Origin: a virus
Strand: one strand, 5' to 3'
DNA: 64,000 nucleotides
IMG/VR virus record: IMGVR_UViG_3300045988_177034
A model generated the notes under the pieces. The model was not told the DNA's origin. It worked only from the letters and a program-made list of their open reading frames with translations, and did no database searches. Of the stretch, positions 1 through 8,366 are shown piece after piece. Each line of letters opens with the position of its first letter. Position 1 is the stretch's first letter. The translations under genes were made by a program, and so were the position numbers.

Positions 1-116
1 CCTCTTACGCTGCCACTGATGTGAATACACGGGTTGTTTTGGATGTACTTGGCGGATTTACCCGTTCGCTGCTCATATTCTTTGCGCGAACGATAATAAT
101 GCCCTGTCGCTTTCAT
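1..116 (-). CDS. hypothetical protein, N-terminal part only (gene runs off the window start)
   Basis: ATG at 116..114 preceded by AAAGGTG ribosome-binding site; frame MKATGHYYRSRKEYEQRTGK... stays open to position 1; too short for the ORF track. Confidence 0.3.
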   Translation of the reverse strand, partial: MKATGHYYRSRKEYEQRTGKSAKYIQNNPCIHISGSVR

Positions 117-126
117 GTTGCACCTT

Positions 127-891
127 TCAATCTACTAAGTAGCCATTTTTAGCGTATTGTTTAAACGCATCATCCAACTGCATATTGAAACGCTCGCCGA
201 TGTCAGCGTCCTTGAATTTACGGATTTTGGCGAGAGCCTTGGCGTAATTGATGTCATGTCCCTCTCCATAGTGCCACAAAGCAGGACTACTTCCAGCCCA
301 ATTCATAGAGCCGTTGTTGAAAGCTAAACAATCGTGCAAAGGAAAATCACGCGTATTATGCACGATATTAAAGCAGCTTAAATAACTGGTGCCATAGGAA
401 AAGCCGGTCGATTCGCGCATCGCAAAAGCACAACCACTCACTGGCACATAACACTTAACTGAGTTGTAGCCTCGTTCTCCGTCTCGATTCCAGGTTTCGA
501 TGGTAATAAGTACGCCGGAATTCAGATTCGCCCATACATCAAAGATATTGTCTTTGTCAATGTCTTCTTTGTATTCATGTGCAAAACCGAGCTCCTGTAA
601 AATACGAGTCAGTTCCTCATACGGAACAGCCTCTACTTCACCAGTTTTTTCGTTGTATTCCTCGTAGAAGTCATAAGAAACATTCTTCATCGTGGCGAGA
701 ATGCAGTTTTCTCTGTTTTCAAAGGAAACCACTTTGCCATATCCTACATGAAGGCTCTTCCAATTTTTGATGATAATAACCTTCCCGTACTCGTTATAGG
801 AAATGAGCTTACCATTCTTTTTGGACCTCCGGATACGGTAGACATTATCTGCGCTGATTCCGCTCAGGTCAATAGTATCGTTCATATTCAT
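127..891 (-). CDS. hypothetical protein (254 aa)
   Basis: ORF track; GAGG ribosome-binding site upstream of ATG at 891; same strand as neighbours; no recognisable motif. Confidence 0.6.
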   Translation of the reverse strand: MNMNDTIDLSGISADNVYRIRRSKKNGKLISYNEYGKVIIIKNWKSLHVGYGKVVSFENRENCILATMKNVSYDFYEEYNEKTGEVEAVPYEELTRILQELGFAHEYKEDIDKDNIFDVWANLNSGVLITIETWNRDGERGYNSVKCYVPVSGCAFAMRESTGFSYGTSYLSCFNIVHNTRDFPLHDCLAFNNGSMNWAGSSPALWHYGEGHDINYAKALAKIRKFKDADIGERFNMQLDDAFKQYAKNGYLVD

Positions 892-916
892 AAATCTTAC
901 CTCACTTCACTTTTTG

Positions 917-1225
917 TCAAGTTGTAGATACAACCGTTTGAATTTTCTCGGCAATCATAGTTGCCATACGCTTTGCCTCTTTTTCCGCACATGCGTCCCA
1001 GACCTCAAAATACTGGTAACCATAATAGCAACCATGAATTTCGGAATCACTCCCGCTTTGGTGGAACCAGATAGCTGAACCTTTTTTATCTTGCATTGCC
1101 TGCCGCACAGCGACCACAAAGTTCGTCGCATCAGCATCCCAGAATGGCCGCTCATAATTGAAGTCGATGCCCCAACCGTGGCAAGAATCTGGCTTGTGAA
1201 TTCTAATAGGAGAAATAGCTGTCAT
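917..1225 (-). CDS. hypothetical protein (~102 aa; start at internal Met MTAISPI...)
   Basis: ORF 917..1261; the first 12 codons overlap the leader hairpin, so I placed the start at ATG 1225, which has an AAAGGAA ribosome-binding site. Confidence 0.5.
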   Translation of the reverse strand: MTAISPIRIHKPDSCHGWGIDFNYERPFWDADATNFVVAVRQAMQDKKGSAIWFHQSGSDSEIHGCYYGYQYFEVWDACAEKEAKRMATMIAEKIQTVVSTT

Positions 1226-1242
1226 CTTCAATTCATTCCTTT

Positions 1243-1279
1243 CGCAAAAAATAGCGGCCATCTCTAACGAGATGGTCGC
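1243..1279 (-). terminator. intrinsic-terminator-like hairpin (CCATCTC-GTTA-GAGATGG stem plus T6) lying in the 5' leader between promoter and ribosome-binding site
   Basis: minus-strand read gcgaCCATCTCgttaGAGATGGccgcTATTTTTTgcg; sits downstream of promoter 1351-1378 and upstream of the start at 1225. Confidence 0.5.
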
Positions 1280-1350
1280 AATGTAACTTGATTTTAAATT
1301 AAGATAATAGTAGCTAACAAATAGCGCTTTTTATTTATCTTAGTGCTTTT

Positions 1351-1378
1351 ATTGTAGCTACTTTGCAGCAGTTTGCAA
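1351..1378 (-). promoter_or_regulatory. family-1 conserved promoter: TTGCAA - 16 nt (ACTGCTGCAAAGTAGC) - TACAAT
   Basis: -35 TTGCAA at 1373-1378 and -10 TACAAT at 1351-1356 (minus strand), exact 16-nt spacer; 7 near-identical copies in the window. Confidence 0.6.
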
Positions 1379-1391
1379 GAACTGTATCCTC

Positions 1392-2798
1392 TTAGACATG
1401 TTCAGGCAACCACTGCTGTGGGTAGGTTCGAAGTTTGTCCCGTGGCACGCAATCGTTCAGGGCGGAGTTTTCAGCAAGCGCCATGTCGATGATGTAATAA
1501 TCATCACCATTGCGCATCACATCAATACTCCACTGTCCTACCAGTTCGACAGCGGGAAGAATCTTCTTGATTTCATCCAAAATCATCCTAGCACTGTCAT
1601 CATATCGAGACTGCAGGATATCCTCGTGCATCTGATAGATGACATAGTCGTGGCGTTCCTGCGGTGTGCTTGCGTTTTTGAACTTACCCTTCATCACATC
1701 GGCTCGCCAATAAGGACTGATACCAAGCACCTCATCAGCGTCGAAATCGACGAATACGCGGTACTCAGTATGCAGCGGCAAACCGTTGTAGATGGTCGGG
1801 TTGTGTTCCTTGTCCTTGATATATTCCCTGAGCACCCACTCGTTTGTTGTATTAGCACCATAGAAGCAGGCATTATTCAACGGCGAAGCCATAGAACAGG
1901 TCAGATGATTCAGGAACAGGAAATACTCGCCCATCTCATTGATTTCCTTTGGGTCATGGATATGAGCGTTGCGAAACTCATACTTGGAAGAATAAGTTCC
2001 GGTCTTGATGAAGTAATCCTCGTGCTCATCCAGCTTGAATATCCGCTTGCAATAACGGTTCACGATTTCCTTGGTTACGGGATTCAGGGTTTCAAAACCA
2101 AGGCGAGTGAGCTGCAGCATCGGCAGCGGAACACGCAAAATCTTGGTATCAGGAATCCTGAAGAATTTGTTCCCGTACAACGCTTTTGCCAGCGGCGGAA
2201 GCCAGAATCCCATCGTGTTGGGATTCATTTCGAGCATCTGGTAGGTGAAGTCGTCGAGGTCAAGAATATCAAGACCCTGACGGAACTGGTTGTAGTAGAA
2301 CTTTTTCGTGCGGTCATCGCGTGCATCCTTGTACTCGGCGTAATTCTGAAGCAGAATCTTATACGACGGCTCCGAAATATCGACCTTCACGAGATTTCCT
2401 GTCAGCTGAGGTCTGAGCTCTTCCGGGTATTTTTTCAGGTCATCGTTCGTTACCGTTACAGCGTATCGAGATGCCGCATAGTTCACATAGTATCCGCCGC
2501 GTTTTTCGTTGTAGATGTACAGGCGAGTACCATCTGTTAACTCACCTACGATACGGTCGATAAGCGCTTCGAGGTCCCGTGTAAACGGCACCCTCTTGTC
2601 GAGCATAGCCTTGACAGTAGCGGTATCCCACTGTAAAAAGTTCTCGGATAATGCTCCGCTTTCCAGAACCTGTTTTTTATAGGCGTCCTCAAACGCTTTG
2701 AGGGCGTCAGGGCTGGTTTTCAGCATTGCGGCAAGTTCTTCGTAGGAAAACGATTTATCTTCCTTTTTGGTCATCATTTTACCGATTTTGGCAATCAT
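1392..2798 (-). CDS. putative ATP-grasp-fold enzyme (468 aa)
   Basis: AGGAGG ribosome-binding site 10 nt upstream; motifs EYRVFVDFD and YYIIDMALAENS (E-x-N) resemble the ATP-grasp C-terminal half; assignment is tentative. Confidence 0.55.
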   Translation of the reverse strand: MIAKIGKMMTKKEDKSFSYEELAAMLKTSPDALKAFEDAYKKQVLESGALSENFLQWDTATVKAMLDKRVPFTRDLEALIDRIVGELTDGTRLYIYNEKRGGYYVNYAASRYAVTVTNDDLKKYPEELRPQLTGNLVKVDISEPSYKILLQNYAEYKDARDDRTKKFYYNQFRQGLDILDLDDFTYQMLEMNPNTMGFWLPPLAKALYGNKFFRIPDTKILRVPLPMLQLTRLGFETLNPVTKEIVNRYCKRIFKLDEHEDYFIKTGTYSSKYEFRNAHIHDPKEINEMGEYFLFLNHLTCSMASPLNNACFYGANTTNEWVLREYIKDKEHNPTIYNGLPLHTEYRVFVDFDADEVLGISPYWRADVMKGKFKNASTPQERHDYVIYQMHEDILQSRYDDSARMILDEIKKILPAVELVGQWSIDVMRNGDDYYIIDMALAENSALNDCVPRDKLRTYPQQWLPEHV

Positions 2799-2824
2799 AT
2801 TTTAGATTTCCTCCTTTTTGGGAA

Positions 2825-3850
2825 TCAGGTGTTTTCAAAATCCGGATTCTTCCAAATCAACTTATTCCCGTAATAGACTTCGGGAATGTACTTGATGGGA
2901 ATTCTGCGATTGTCTTCGAGTTGCGAATCGTTGTTCGCGATAAACTCCTCGATGCGATTTTCTTCACTGCGCGGGGTGATGTTGCAAGTCGAGAAACCTC
3001 CACCGTACAGGATATCACTGTTCATCATACCTTTGACCGGATACTTTACTTCGGTCGTTTTACCGTTGATGTTCAGGACAAGGCGAACGGTTTTGTATTG
3101 CTTAGCAAGTTCCACAAGAAGCTTGAACATGATTTCCTGAGTGTTCGGACTATTGTACTTTCTCATATACTCTTCCGTCAACTCTTCCACCACAGCCAAT
3201 GTAATCCCGTATAGGCGTCCAGACCGCCCGGAATTTGCCTTTTTGATTTTCTCCATCGTCCGTTCAGCCCAGCCGGTTGGATTAGCAAGATAATCCACTA
3301 CCAGTTCATCGGCATTTGTGGATGTCAGGCCAAAGCAAGACCCATTTCCAATCTCATCGACAATGCTGTCAATAGGGCTGCGATAATTCTTATGCTCATT
3401 TATTATGCGACAGAAAGCGTTCTGTCGTGCTATCTTGTCGTAATAACCGCCCTTGAGAATTTTCTTCTTGTCTTCTTCCGTCACATTCTCTCGGAACATA
3501 TCGAACAGCTTCTGTGCCATTTCCTCTGTGACAGAATCCGAGGTAAAAGAAGAACGGCAGAAAATCGTTTTGAAGTCCTGTGTTTCATTGACGGTTTTGG
3601 CATTGTCGACAACGAGGCAAAGGAAGCGTATCTCCTGATTGAATGTTACGGGTTTCTTTTCCAAGGTTCCATAAAACCGCTGCCCGTACAAGGCATCTAC
3701 CTTGTGCTCGCCATTGGCGAGCGGCACACGAATGAAACGGTAGTAGCGCCCGGACGGTTTTCCGGTATCGGGAATTGTGTTGCCTTCGAACACGGATGCG
3801 CCGGATTTGATAGCCTGCTCAAAATCCTCACGAGTTAAATTGATAGTCAT
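2825..3850 (-). CDS. hypothetical protein (341 aa; start MTINLTRE)
   Basis: ORF 2825..3901 trimmed to the ATG at 3850, which has an AAGGAAG ribosome-binding site; 30-nt gap to the upstream gene. Confidence 0.6.
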   Translation of the reverse strand: MTINLTREDFEQAIKSGASVFEGNTIPDTGKPSGRYYRFIRVPLANGEHKVDALYGQRFYGTLEKKPVTFNQEIRFLCLVVDNAKTVNETQDFKTIFCRSSFTSDSVTEEMAQKLFDMFRENVTEEDKKKILKGGYYDKIARQNAFCRIINEHKNYRSPIDSIVDEIGNGSCFGLTSTNADELVVDYLANPTGWAERTMEKIKKANSGRSGRLYGITLAVVEELTEEYMRKYNSPNTQEIMFKLLVELAKQYKTVRLVLNINGKTTEVKYPVKGMMNSDILYGGGFSTCNITPRSEENRIEEFIANNDSQLEDNRRIPIKYIPEVYYGNKLIWKNPDFENT

Positions 3851-3879
3851 AATTTCTTCCTTTCTGTTTTTATTATTTT

Positions 3880-4665
3880 TTAGCTGTTTTCTTCGATGCA
3901 CAATTTGCTGCTACGAATGTTTTCCAACCATTTTTCATCCATAACATTGCCAATACGATACTTCCTCTGGGATTCATAGGACCAGTCACAACCGACGACA
4001 ACATCACCGATGGCATTCAGATACAGTTCTCCATCAGTGATATTGATTCCGGCTTCATTTCTCGGTTTACAATCTCTCTCATATTCAATCACAAGTTCCG
4101 AAACTATAGGTTCTCTCTTTAGAATCTGATTTGCGTTGATAGTTTTGGCACGACCCTCGTTAATGAGATATTGCTTGCGAAAATCCGTTACTTTATCATT
4201 ACGATTATATCTCAAACCGCTAAGAATACTCGCACTTTCGCGGGGAATTTCTTCATGAAAATCATCGCTGCTGATACAAAGACCACACGAATAGTCATCC
4301 TTGTCATCGCAATAATTCCACCATTCGAGGCTCGCCAAAGCGAGTTCTACCATCTTATCGACGGCTTTCCCGTTGGTTACCATATAAAAACTCCCAACGG
4401 AAATGTTTCGCTCTCTTACGGCGTTCAAAGTATAGCGGATAGCAGGAATATTCAAAGAAATTTCTCCACCCGTAAAGGTCAAGGAACTGATGTATCCTGC
4501 ATTAGCAAAACTGTCAAGAAACGCATCGATATATCTTTCCTGAATATCGACCGCCTCCGCATCACCACGCAAACAATGCGCACAGCACATATTACAGCGA
4601 CGAGTAACCTCAATTACCACATCACACGCGCTCGAAATATACATTCTATTTACTCCTTTCATCAA
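3880..4665 (-). CDS. radical SAM enzyme (MoaA/viperin-like core, 261 aa)
   Basis: CX3CX2C motif (RRCNMCCAHC) near the N-terminus, GGE motif (TFTGGEIS), TNG motif, ISSDDFHEE (resembles ISxDSxxEE of the MoaA/viperin clade), extra Cys C119/C127/C130/C233; start codon overlaps the upstream stop (ATGA). Confidence 0.8.
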   Translation of the reverse strand: MMKGVNRMYISSACDVVIEVTRRCNMCCAHCLRGDAEAVDIQERYIDAFLDSFANAGYISSLTFTGGEISLNIPAIRYTLNAVRERNISVGSFYMVTNGKAVDKMVELALASLEWWNYCDDKDDYSCGLCISSDDFHEEIPRESASILSGLRYNRNDKVTDFRKQYLINEGRAKTINANQILKREPIVSELVIEYERDCKPRNEAGINITDGELYLNAIGDVVVGCDWSYESQRKYRIGNVMDEKWLENIRSSKLCIEENS

Positions 4666-4970
4666 TTCTCGTCCGCAAAGCTCTCATTGCGGTCAACGAT
4701 GATATCCACATCCAGTGGTGTAATTTTACCCAGACCGTAATTCAAGAAGAACGAGCCGGGAATGTCATCGACATCGCCCCAGTTCCAGCAACCACAGTTG
4801 ATTTCAAGCTGTCGTTTGCCTTCGTCCGTCTTGAGATAATCTTTGATTGCGCCGCGCAGGACGCTTTCCGGGTCATTGATTTGCTCCGGATTATAGCTAA
4901 ACTGAATCAGTGTGCATTCCACTGCACGGTCAACAATCTCATTAGCAACAATTGTAAAAACCTTTGTCAT
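4662..4970 (-). CDS. small hypothetical protein (102 aa, MTKVFTIVANEIV...), translationally coupled to the radical SAM gene
   Basis: GGAGG ribosome-binding site 6 nt upstream of ATG 4970; stop overlaps the radical SAM start; contains CGCWNWGD. Confidence 0.55.
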   Translation of the reverse strand: MTKVFTIVANEIVDRAVECTLIQFSYNPEQINDPESVLRGAIKDYLKTDEGKRQLEINCGCWNWGDVDDIPGSFFLNYGLGKITPLDVDIIVDRNESFADEN

Positions 4971-4992
4971 AGTAATCCTCCTCAATAAACAG

Positions 4993-5448
4993 TCAGGCAC
5001 AACGAACGCGAATGACATTATCATCATTCGACAAGCAAACAATCACGTCCACATCCGGTCCCTCTTTCTCAAGAGCACCTTCAAGGATTGGCTTGATTTT
5101 GTGCCATTGATTTTCTGTGATTTTACAGCCGGGGCTCATAAGCAGAATATTTGCTTCGGCCAGCTTTGCTTTCATGACCACTTGTAGGAAACAACCGTAT
5201 AAGTATCCGTAATTCACCTTGTTATTTTCAAGACAAATCATATCTGCTATTACGGTCCTTTTATTACCATAGCAGTTCACAACATGTCCCAAGTGATGTT
5301 CAGATTTGTCATACCGTACCTTGGCATCCGGAAACATGCTTTCAATAGATTCGTTTTTGAAAACACCACTGCTATCACAAAAAACACAAACGATATTTTT
5401 GCCGGGAAACTCCTGACTTGATAAACAGCTTTTTGTCTTTTTTATCAA
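4993..5448 (-). CDS. hypothetical protein (151 aa; apparent TTG start, first ATG is at residue 37)
   Basis: ORF track; the frame begins TTG ATA AAA at 5448 with AAGGA 13 nt upstream; start codon uncertain. Confidence 0.45.
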   Translation of the reverse strand: MIKKTKSCLSSQEFPGKNIVCVFCDSSGVFKNESIESMFPDAKVRYDKSEHHLGHVVNCYGNKRTVIADMICLENNKVNYGYLYGCFLQVVMKAKLAEANILLMSPGCKITENQWHKIKPILEGALEKEGPDVDVIVCLSNDDNVIRVRCA

Positions 5449-5474
5449 TTTTTCTTCATCATCCTTTCGGCGAT

Positions 5475-5512
5475 AACAAAAAATACCGCCACCTCTTACG
5501 AGATAGCGGTAT
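5475..5512 (-). terminator. intrinsic-terminator-like hairpin plus T6 in the 5' leader (CTATCTCGTAAGAGGTGG core, related to the 1243-1279 hairpin)
   Basis: minus-strand read aTACCGCtatctcgtaagaggtgGCGGTAttttttgtt; downstream of promoter 5557-5584. Confidence 0.5.
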
Positions 5513-5556
5513 GTTGATTTTGAATTGTAATTGTATTTTATCTATCGAATATACTT

Positions 5557-5584
5557 AGTATATCGATTTTGCAGCAATTTGCAA
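5557..5584 (-). promoter_or_regulatory. family-1 conserved promoter: TTGCAA - 16 nt - TATACT
   Basis: minus-strand read gcgcTTGCAAattgctgcaaaatcgaTATACTaagtatattcgATAGATAAAAT. Confidence 0.55.
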
Positions 5585-5641
5585 GCGCAGCTATTTAGTG
5601 GCGCTTCAACTTTTTTCGGGGGTTTTATTTTTTCGCTTTAC

Positions 5642-6439
5642 TTACAGCAAACTCATCTCTGCACGATATGCATCGGCATCGTAGCCCCAGATATTACAAG
5701 CAAAATCGATTGCTGCGTTACCTTCGCTGGGATAACCGTCGTCAACAAAATCTCCTTTGCAAAGCGCATACCAGCCACAATTACTTCCGATATCCTCATC
5801 CGCATATTTTACACGAATATTGGCGTGTGGAAATTTACGGCTCAGTTCGACAATGGCGCATGTAGGCGTATTCCAAGGAGTCTTAAAGTTAACAGTGATT
5901 TCCGTATCATTTGTTCTACGGATACTCACATCGAAAACATCCCACTTTACGCCCCAGTTTGCGACACGCCAATAATACCACGAGGCATATCCATAGCTTA
6001 CGGCGTTTTCCAATGTACGTTCCGCCACAGCGTCGAACTCCTCGATATTATAGGGGATACGTTTCAGGTTGATGAGTTTGCTATCTTTCACATGTTCCAG
6101 TTTGGAGCGAGCTTCCGCAGCTTCTTTGCAAACACCAACCATATCTGATGCAGTAAGTTTTTCCTTCCTGTGCAGGAGAAAAGTTTCTCTGCAAATAGCC
6201 TTTCTTACGTTTTCCGGATACTTCTCCGGGTCAATTCCGTATTTATTTACGGCCGCCCATGCGAGCATCCTGTCACATGGCGATACGATTTGCAGTGATT
6301 CCGGCATAGGAACAACAGACTGAAGCGAAAAATCTTTTTCGCCATCATCGTCTTTTCCCTTGACACGATTCAGAAAATCCTCCAACTCTGCCTGAGAATT
6401 GAAAGAAACGGACATGATATTCATGATATTGTTTGCCAT
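5642..6439 (-). CDS. Api92/YubB-like protein (DUF1281 ferredoxin-like domain), 265 aa
   Basis: AAGGAG ribosome-binding site 7 nt upstream; motif WRVANWGVKWDV resembles the NWGTKWN signature of DUF1281 proteins found in plasmid leading regions; assignment tentative. Confidence 0.5.
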   Translation of the reverse strand: MANNIMNIMSVSFNSQAELEDFLNRVKGKDDDGEKDFSLQSVVPMPESLQIVSPCDRMLAWAAVNKYGIDPEKYPENVRKAICRETFLLHRKEKLTASDMVGVCKEAAEARSKLEHVKDSKLINLKRIPYNIEEFDAVAERTLENAVSYGYASWYYWRVANWGVKWDVFDVSIRRTNDTEITVNFKTPWNTPTCAIVELSRKFPHANIRVKYADEDIGSNCGWYALCKGDFVDDGYPSEGNAAIDFACNIWGYDADAYRAEMSLL

Positions 6440-6456
6440 TTATTTTCTCCTTTGTC

Positions 6457-6645
6457 TTACGCAGGTATGCGTACGCAAGAATAGTGGCAAGCTCCACAAT
6501 TCAGGAACTTTGCCCGCTTCATCGCCTCATCCAAGCTGAACCGCGTCGCTTCGTTAATGTTGGCAGTATCACTCTTACACTCTACGTAAAAACGCACATC
6601 TCCAAAAAACGGGTCTTTACGGCTTAGCGCATACATATTTTCCAA
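6457..6645 (-). CDS. small hypothetical protein (62 aa), TTG start
   Basis: GAGGAGG ribosome-binding site 7 nt upstream of TTG at 6645; its N-terminal region is duplicated as a degenerate copy at 7161-7230. Confidence 0.4.
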   Translation of the reverse strand: MENMYALSRKDPFFGDVRFYVECKSDTANINEATRFSLDEAMKRAKFLNCGACHYSCVRIPA

Positions 6646-6752
6646 AATAAGTCCTCCTCAAATATACTTCTCTCAGAACTTCTCGAATTCCTCGCTCGGC
6701 ATCTGTACTTTCGCTTCATCCAGCAGTCTTTTGTAGGAATCGCTGGAAACAT
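6553..6752. repeat. direct repeat copy B (200 bp), partner of 7161-7326
   Basis: aligned by eye: cgttaatgttggcagtatcactcttac...ggaatcgctggaaacat against copy A; copy A lacks 35 bp present in B. Confidence 0.7.
6646..6752 (-). pseudogene. remnant of the 3' end of a gene homologous to 7232..7972 (encodes ...VSSDSYKRLLDEAKVQMPSEEFEKF*, no start codon)
   Basis: about 88% identical to 7232-7326; an in-frame TAG lies immediately upstream, so the fragment cannot be translated from a start. Confidence 0.5.
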
Positions 6753-6772
6753 TTCCTTTCTATTTATTTTCA

Positions 6773-7114
6773 TCAAATGATAACGGCTTCCAATGCTACA
6801 GCACCAGACCCAATTTCATCAGCAACTTTTGATGCTGTTGCAAAATCGTTGTGAGCATACGGTCCTTGCGAATCCATATAAGTGACTCGGTAGGCATAAT
6901 CTGGCTCAAATGATGGGCTTACAATAATGTAAATACCAGTGTTTAACTGATATGTGATGGCATCAGCTTTTTCGATTTGAGCGATGATTTCCTTTCGACG
7001 CTTAGCTTCCGACTGCAAGTATTCAGATGCTGCTTCTTTAATAGGGTCACAAAGGAAAATATCGTCTGGATTACCCGTAATCGGGGGTAGGTCACCCGGA
7101 TAATAGGATATCAT
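6773..7114 (-). CDS. hypothetical protein (113 aa), flanked by the direct repeats
   Basis: AAGGAG ribosome-binding site upstream of ATG 7114. Confidence 0.6.
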   Translation of the reverse strand: MISYYPGDLPPITGNPDDIFLCDPIKEAASEYLQSEAKRRKEIIAQIEKADAITYQLNTGIYIIVSPSFEPDYAYRVTYMDSQGPYAHNDFATASKVADEIGSGAVALEAVII

Positions 7115-7160
7115 GCTTTCATCTCCTTCTTTTTGTCTTCAGCGATGACTTTTTGGAACA

Positions 7161-7326
7161 CGTTAATGTTGGTGGTATCGCTCTTACGCTTTACGGCTCA
7201 ACACATACATATTTTCCAAAATAAGTCCTCCTCAAATGTATCTCTCCCAGAACTTTTCGAATTCCTCGCTCGGCATCTGTGCTTCCGTTTCATCCAACAG
7301 TCTTTCGTAAGAATCACTGGAAACAT
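7161..7326. repeat. direct repeat copy A (166 bp), partner of 6553-6752
   Basis: spans the 3' end of gene 7232..7972, the intergenic ribosome-binding site and a truncated start (MYVLSRKA*) of a copy of the 62-aa gene. Confidence 0.7.
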
Positions 7327-7972
7327 CGGTGCCAATAAAATCAGCAACGGCATCATGACCGCGCTGCATCAAGGCGTCTTTCAGAATCGCCCAACGACAT
7401 TCGTGAATGGCATCATCCAGCGTTTTGTTGCCATCAGGCTGCCAATACTCGCCTGTCTGCTGAATTCTATAAAACTCATCCAGCGCATCATCAACATTGT
7501 TTTCGAGAAGAATATCGTCAATAAAATTGACAGGATAATCCTTGCCGTTGATTGTCACTTCTGCATAACTGAAACAGTCGTCGTCACACGGCATTGCTGC
7601 ACAGGTGACATCGAAAATTTCGTGCGTTTTCTTGTTTACCTTGCAAGGCAACTGGAATGTTGCTCCGGACTCGAAGTAAGAAAAGACAACCGCTTCCTCA
7701 ACATCGTTGTCGGGACATTTCGCAGACTGGATGAATTCCGGCATAGACAGCACATCAATACTCTCTCTTCGGTCGCCCATGGCAGGATAAACCTTCATGA
7801 TTGTATAACCATCATGCTGCAGCTTTCGGATAGCACGGCACAGGTCGAGATGCATTTCATGAAGGCTGATGCCACTACCTCGTCCGTCTTTTTTGGTATA
7901 GATTTCGACAACTACATCTTCAGAGGTGGTCTGAACAACATAATAAGTCTTATCATTACAAATCTTAAACAT
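7232..7972 (-). CDS. hypothetical protein (246 aa; start MFKICNDK)
   Basis: ORF 7232..7993 trimmed to the ATG at 7972, which has a GGGAG ribosome-binding site 9 nt upstream. Confidence 0.6.
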   Translation of the reverse strand: MFKICNDKTYYVVQTTSEDVVVEIYTKKDGRGSGISLHEMHLDLCRAIRKLQHDGYTIMKVYPAMGDRRESIDVLSMPEFIQSAKCPDNDVEEAVVFSYFESGATFQLPCKVNKKTHEIFDVTCAAMPCDDDCFSYAEVTINGKDYPVNFIDDILLENNVDDALDEFYRIQQTGEYWQPDGNKTLDDAIHECRWAILKDALMQRGHDAVADFIGTDVSSDSYERLLDETEAQMPSEEFEKFWERYI

Positions 7973-7993
7973 AGCACTTATCTCCCTTCTCAA

Positions 7994-8191
7994 TCAAACA
8001 AAAGCCAGAAAATCGTTGGCCGGAATCTGTCGCTGGGCATCGTAAGCGGTGCCGTAGACATCATCACCCCAACTGATTTGCACATCCTTCGTCCACAGAG
8101 CAAGCTCAGACATTTTTGCTGCCACGGCTTTTGCGGAGCTGCAGATATACTTCTTGACGGCGTTGTTTTCTTTTACGTTAATTGTAAACAT
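7994..8191 (-). CDS. small hypothetical protein (65 aa; start MFTINVKEN)
   Basis: ORF 7994..8275 trimmed to the ATG at 8191 with a GGAGG ribosome-binding site 8 nt upstream; the larger ORF would overlap the leader hairpin. Confidence 0.45.
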   Translation of the reverse strand: MFTINVKENNAVKKYICSSAKAVAAKMSELALWTKDVQISWGDDVYGTAYDAQRQIPANDFLAFV

Positions 8192-8210
8192 TTCAATTTC
8201 CTCCTTAACA

Positions 8211-8243
8211 CAACAAAAAACAGCCATCTCGATTGAGATGGCT
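8211..8243 (-). terminator. intrinsic-terminator-like hairpin (CAGCCATCTC-aatc-GAGATGGCTG plus T6) in the 5' leader
   Basis: minus-strand read gtgCAGCCATCTCaatcGAGATGGCTGttttttgttgtgtt, followed by the AAGGAGG ribosome-binding site and ATG 8191. Confidence 0.5.
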
Positions 8244-8308
8244 GCACGAACAGATTTTGAACTAAAACAAGTCAAGGAATTGATACTTTGATTTATCTTA
8301 GTTCCTTA

Positions 8309-8336
8309 ATTATATCTACTTTGCAGCAATTGACAA
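8309..8336 (-). promoter_or_regulatory. family-1 conserved promoter: TTGTCA - 16 nt - TATAAT
   Basis: minus-strand read ctatcTTGTCAattgctgcaaagtagaTATAATtaaggaactAAGATAAAT. Confidence 0.65.
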
Positions 8337-8366
8337 GATAGCCACAACAGGAATACGGCATCGTAT

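Noticed and set aside
917-1261. Full-length 114-aa version of ORF 917-1261 and the overlapping ORF 955-1155
   Set aside because: The first 12 codons overlap the conserved leader hairpin and T-tract. The internal ATG at 1225 has the ribosome-binding site. ORF 955-1155 is an alternative frame with no support.
1398-2540. 380-aa plus-strand ORF, and similar plus-strand ORFs at 7133-8236, 9465-10142, 14489-15691, 24179-25198, 31215-32255 and 32962-34389
   Set aside because: All lie opposite well-supported minus-strand genes (ATP-grasp-like, SecY, ParM, flotillin and others). They lack ribosome-binding sites and give low-complexity translations.
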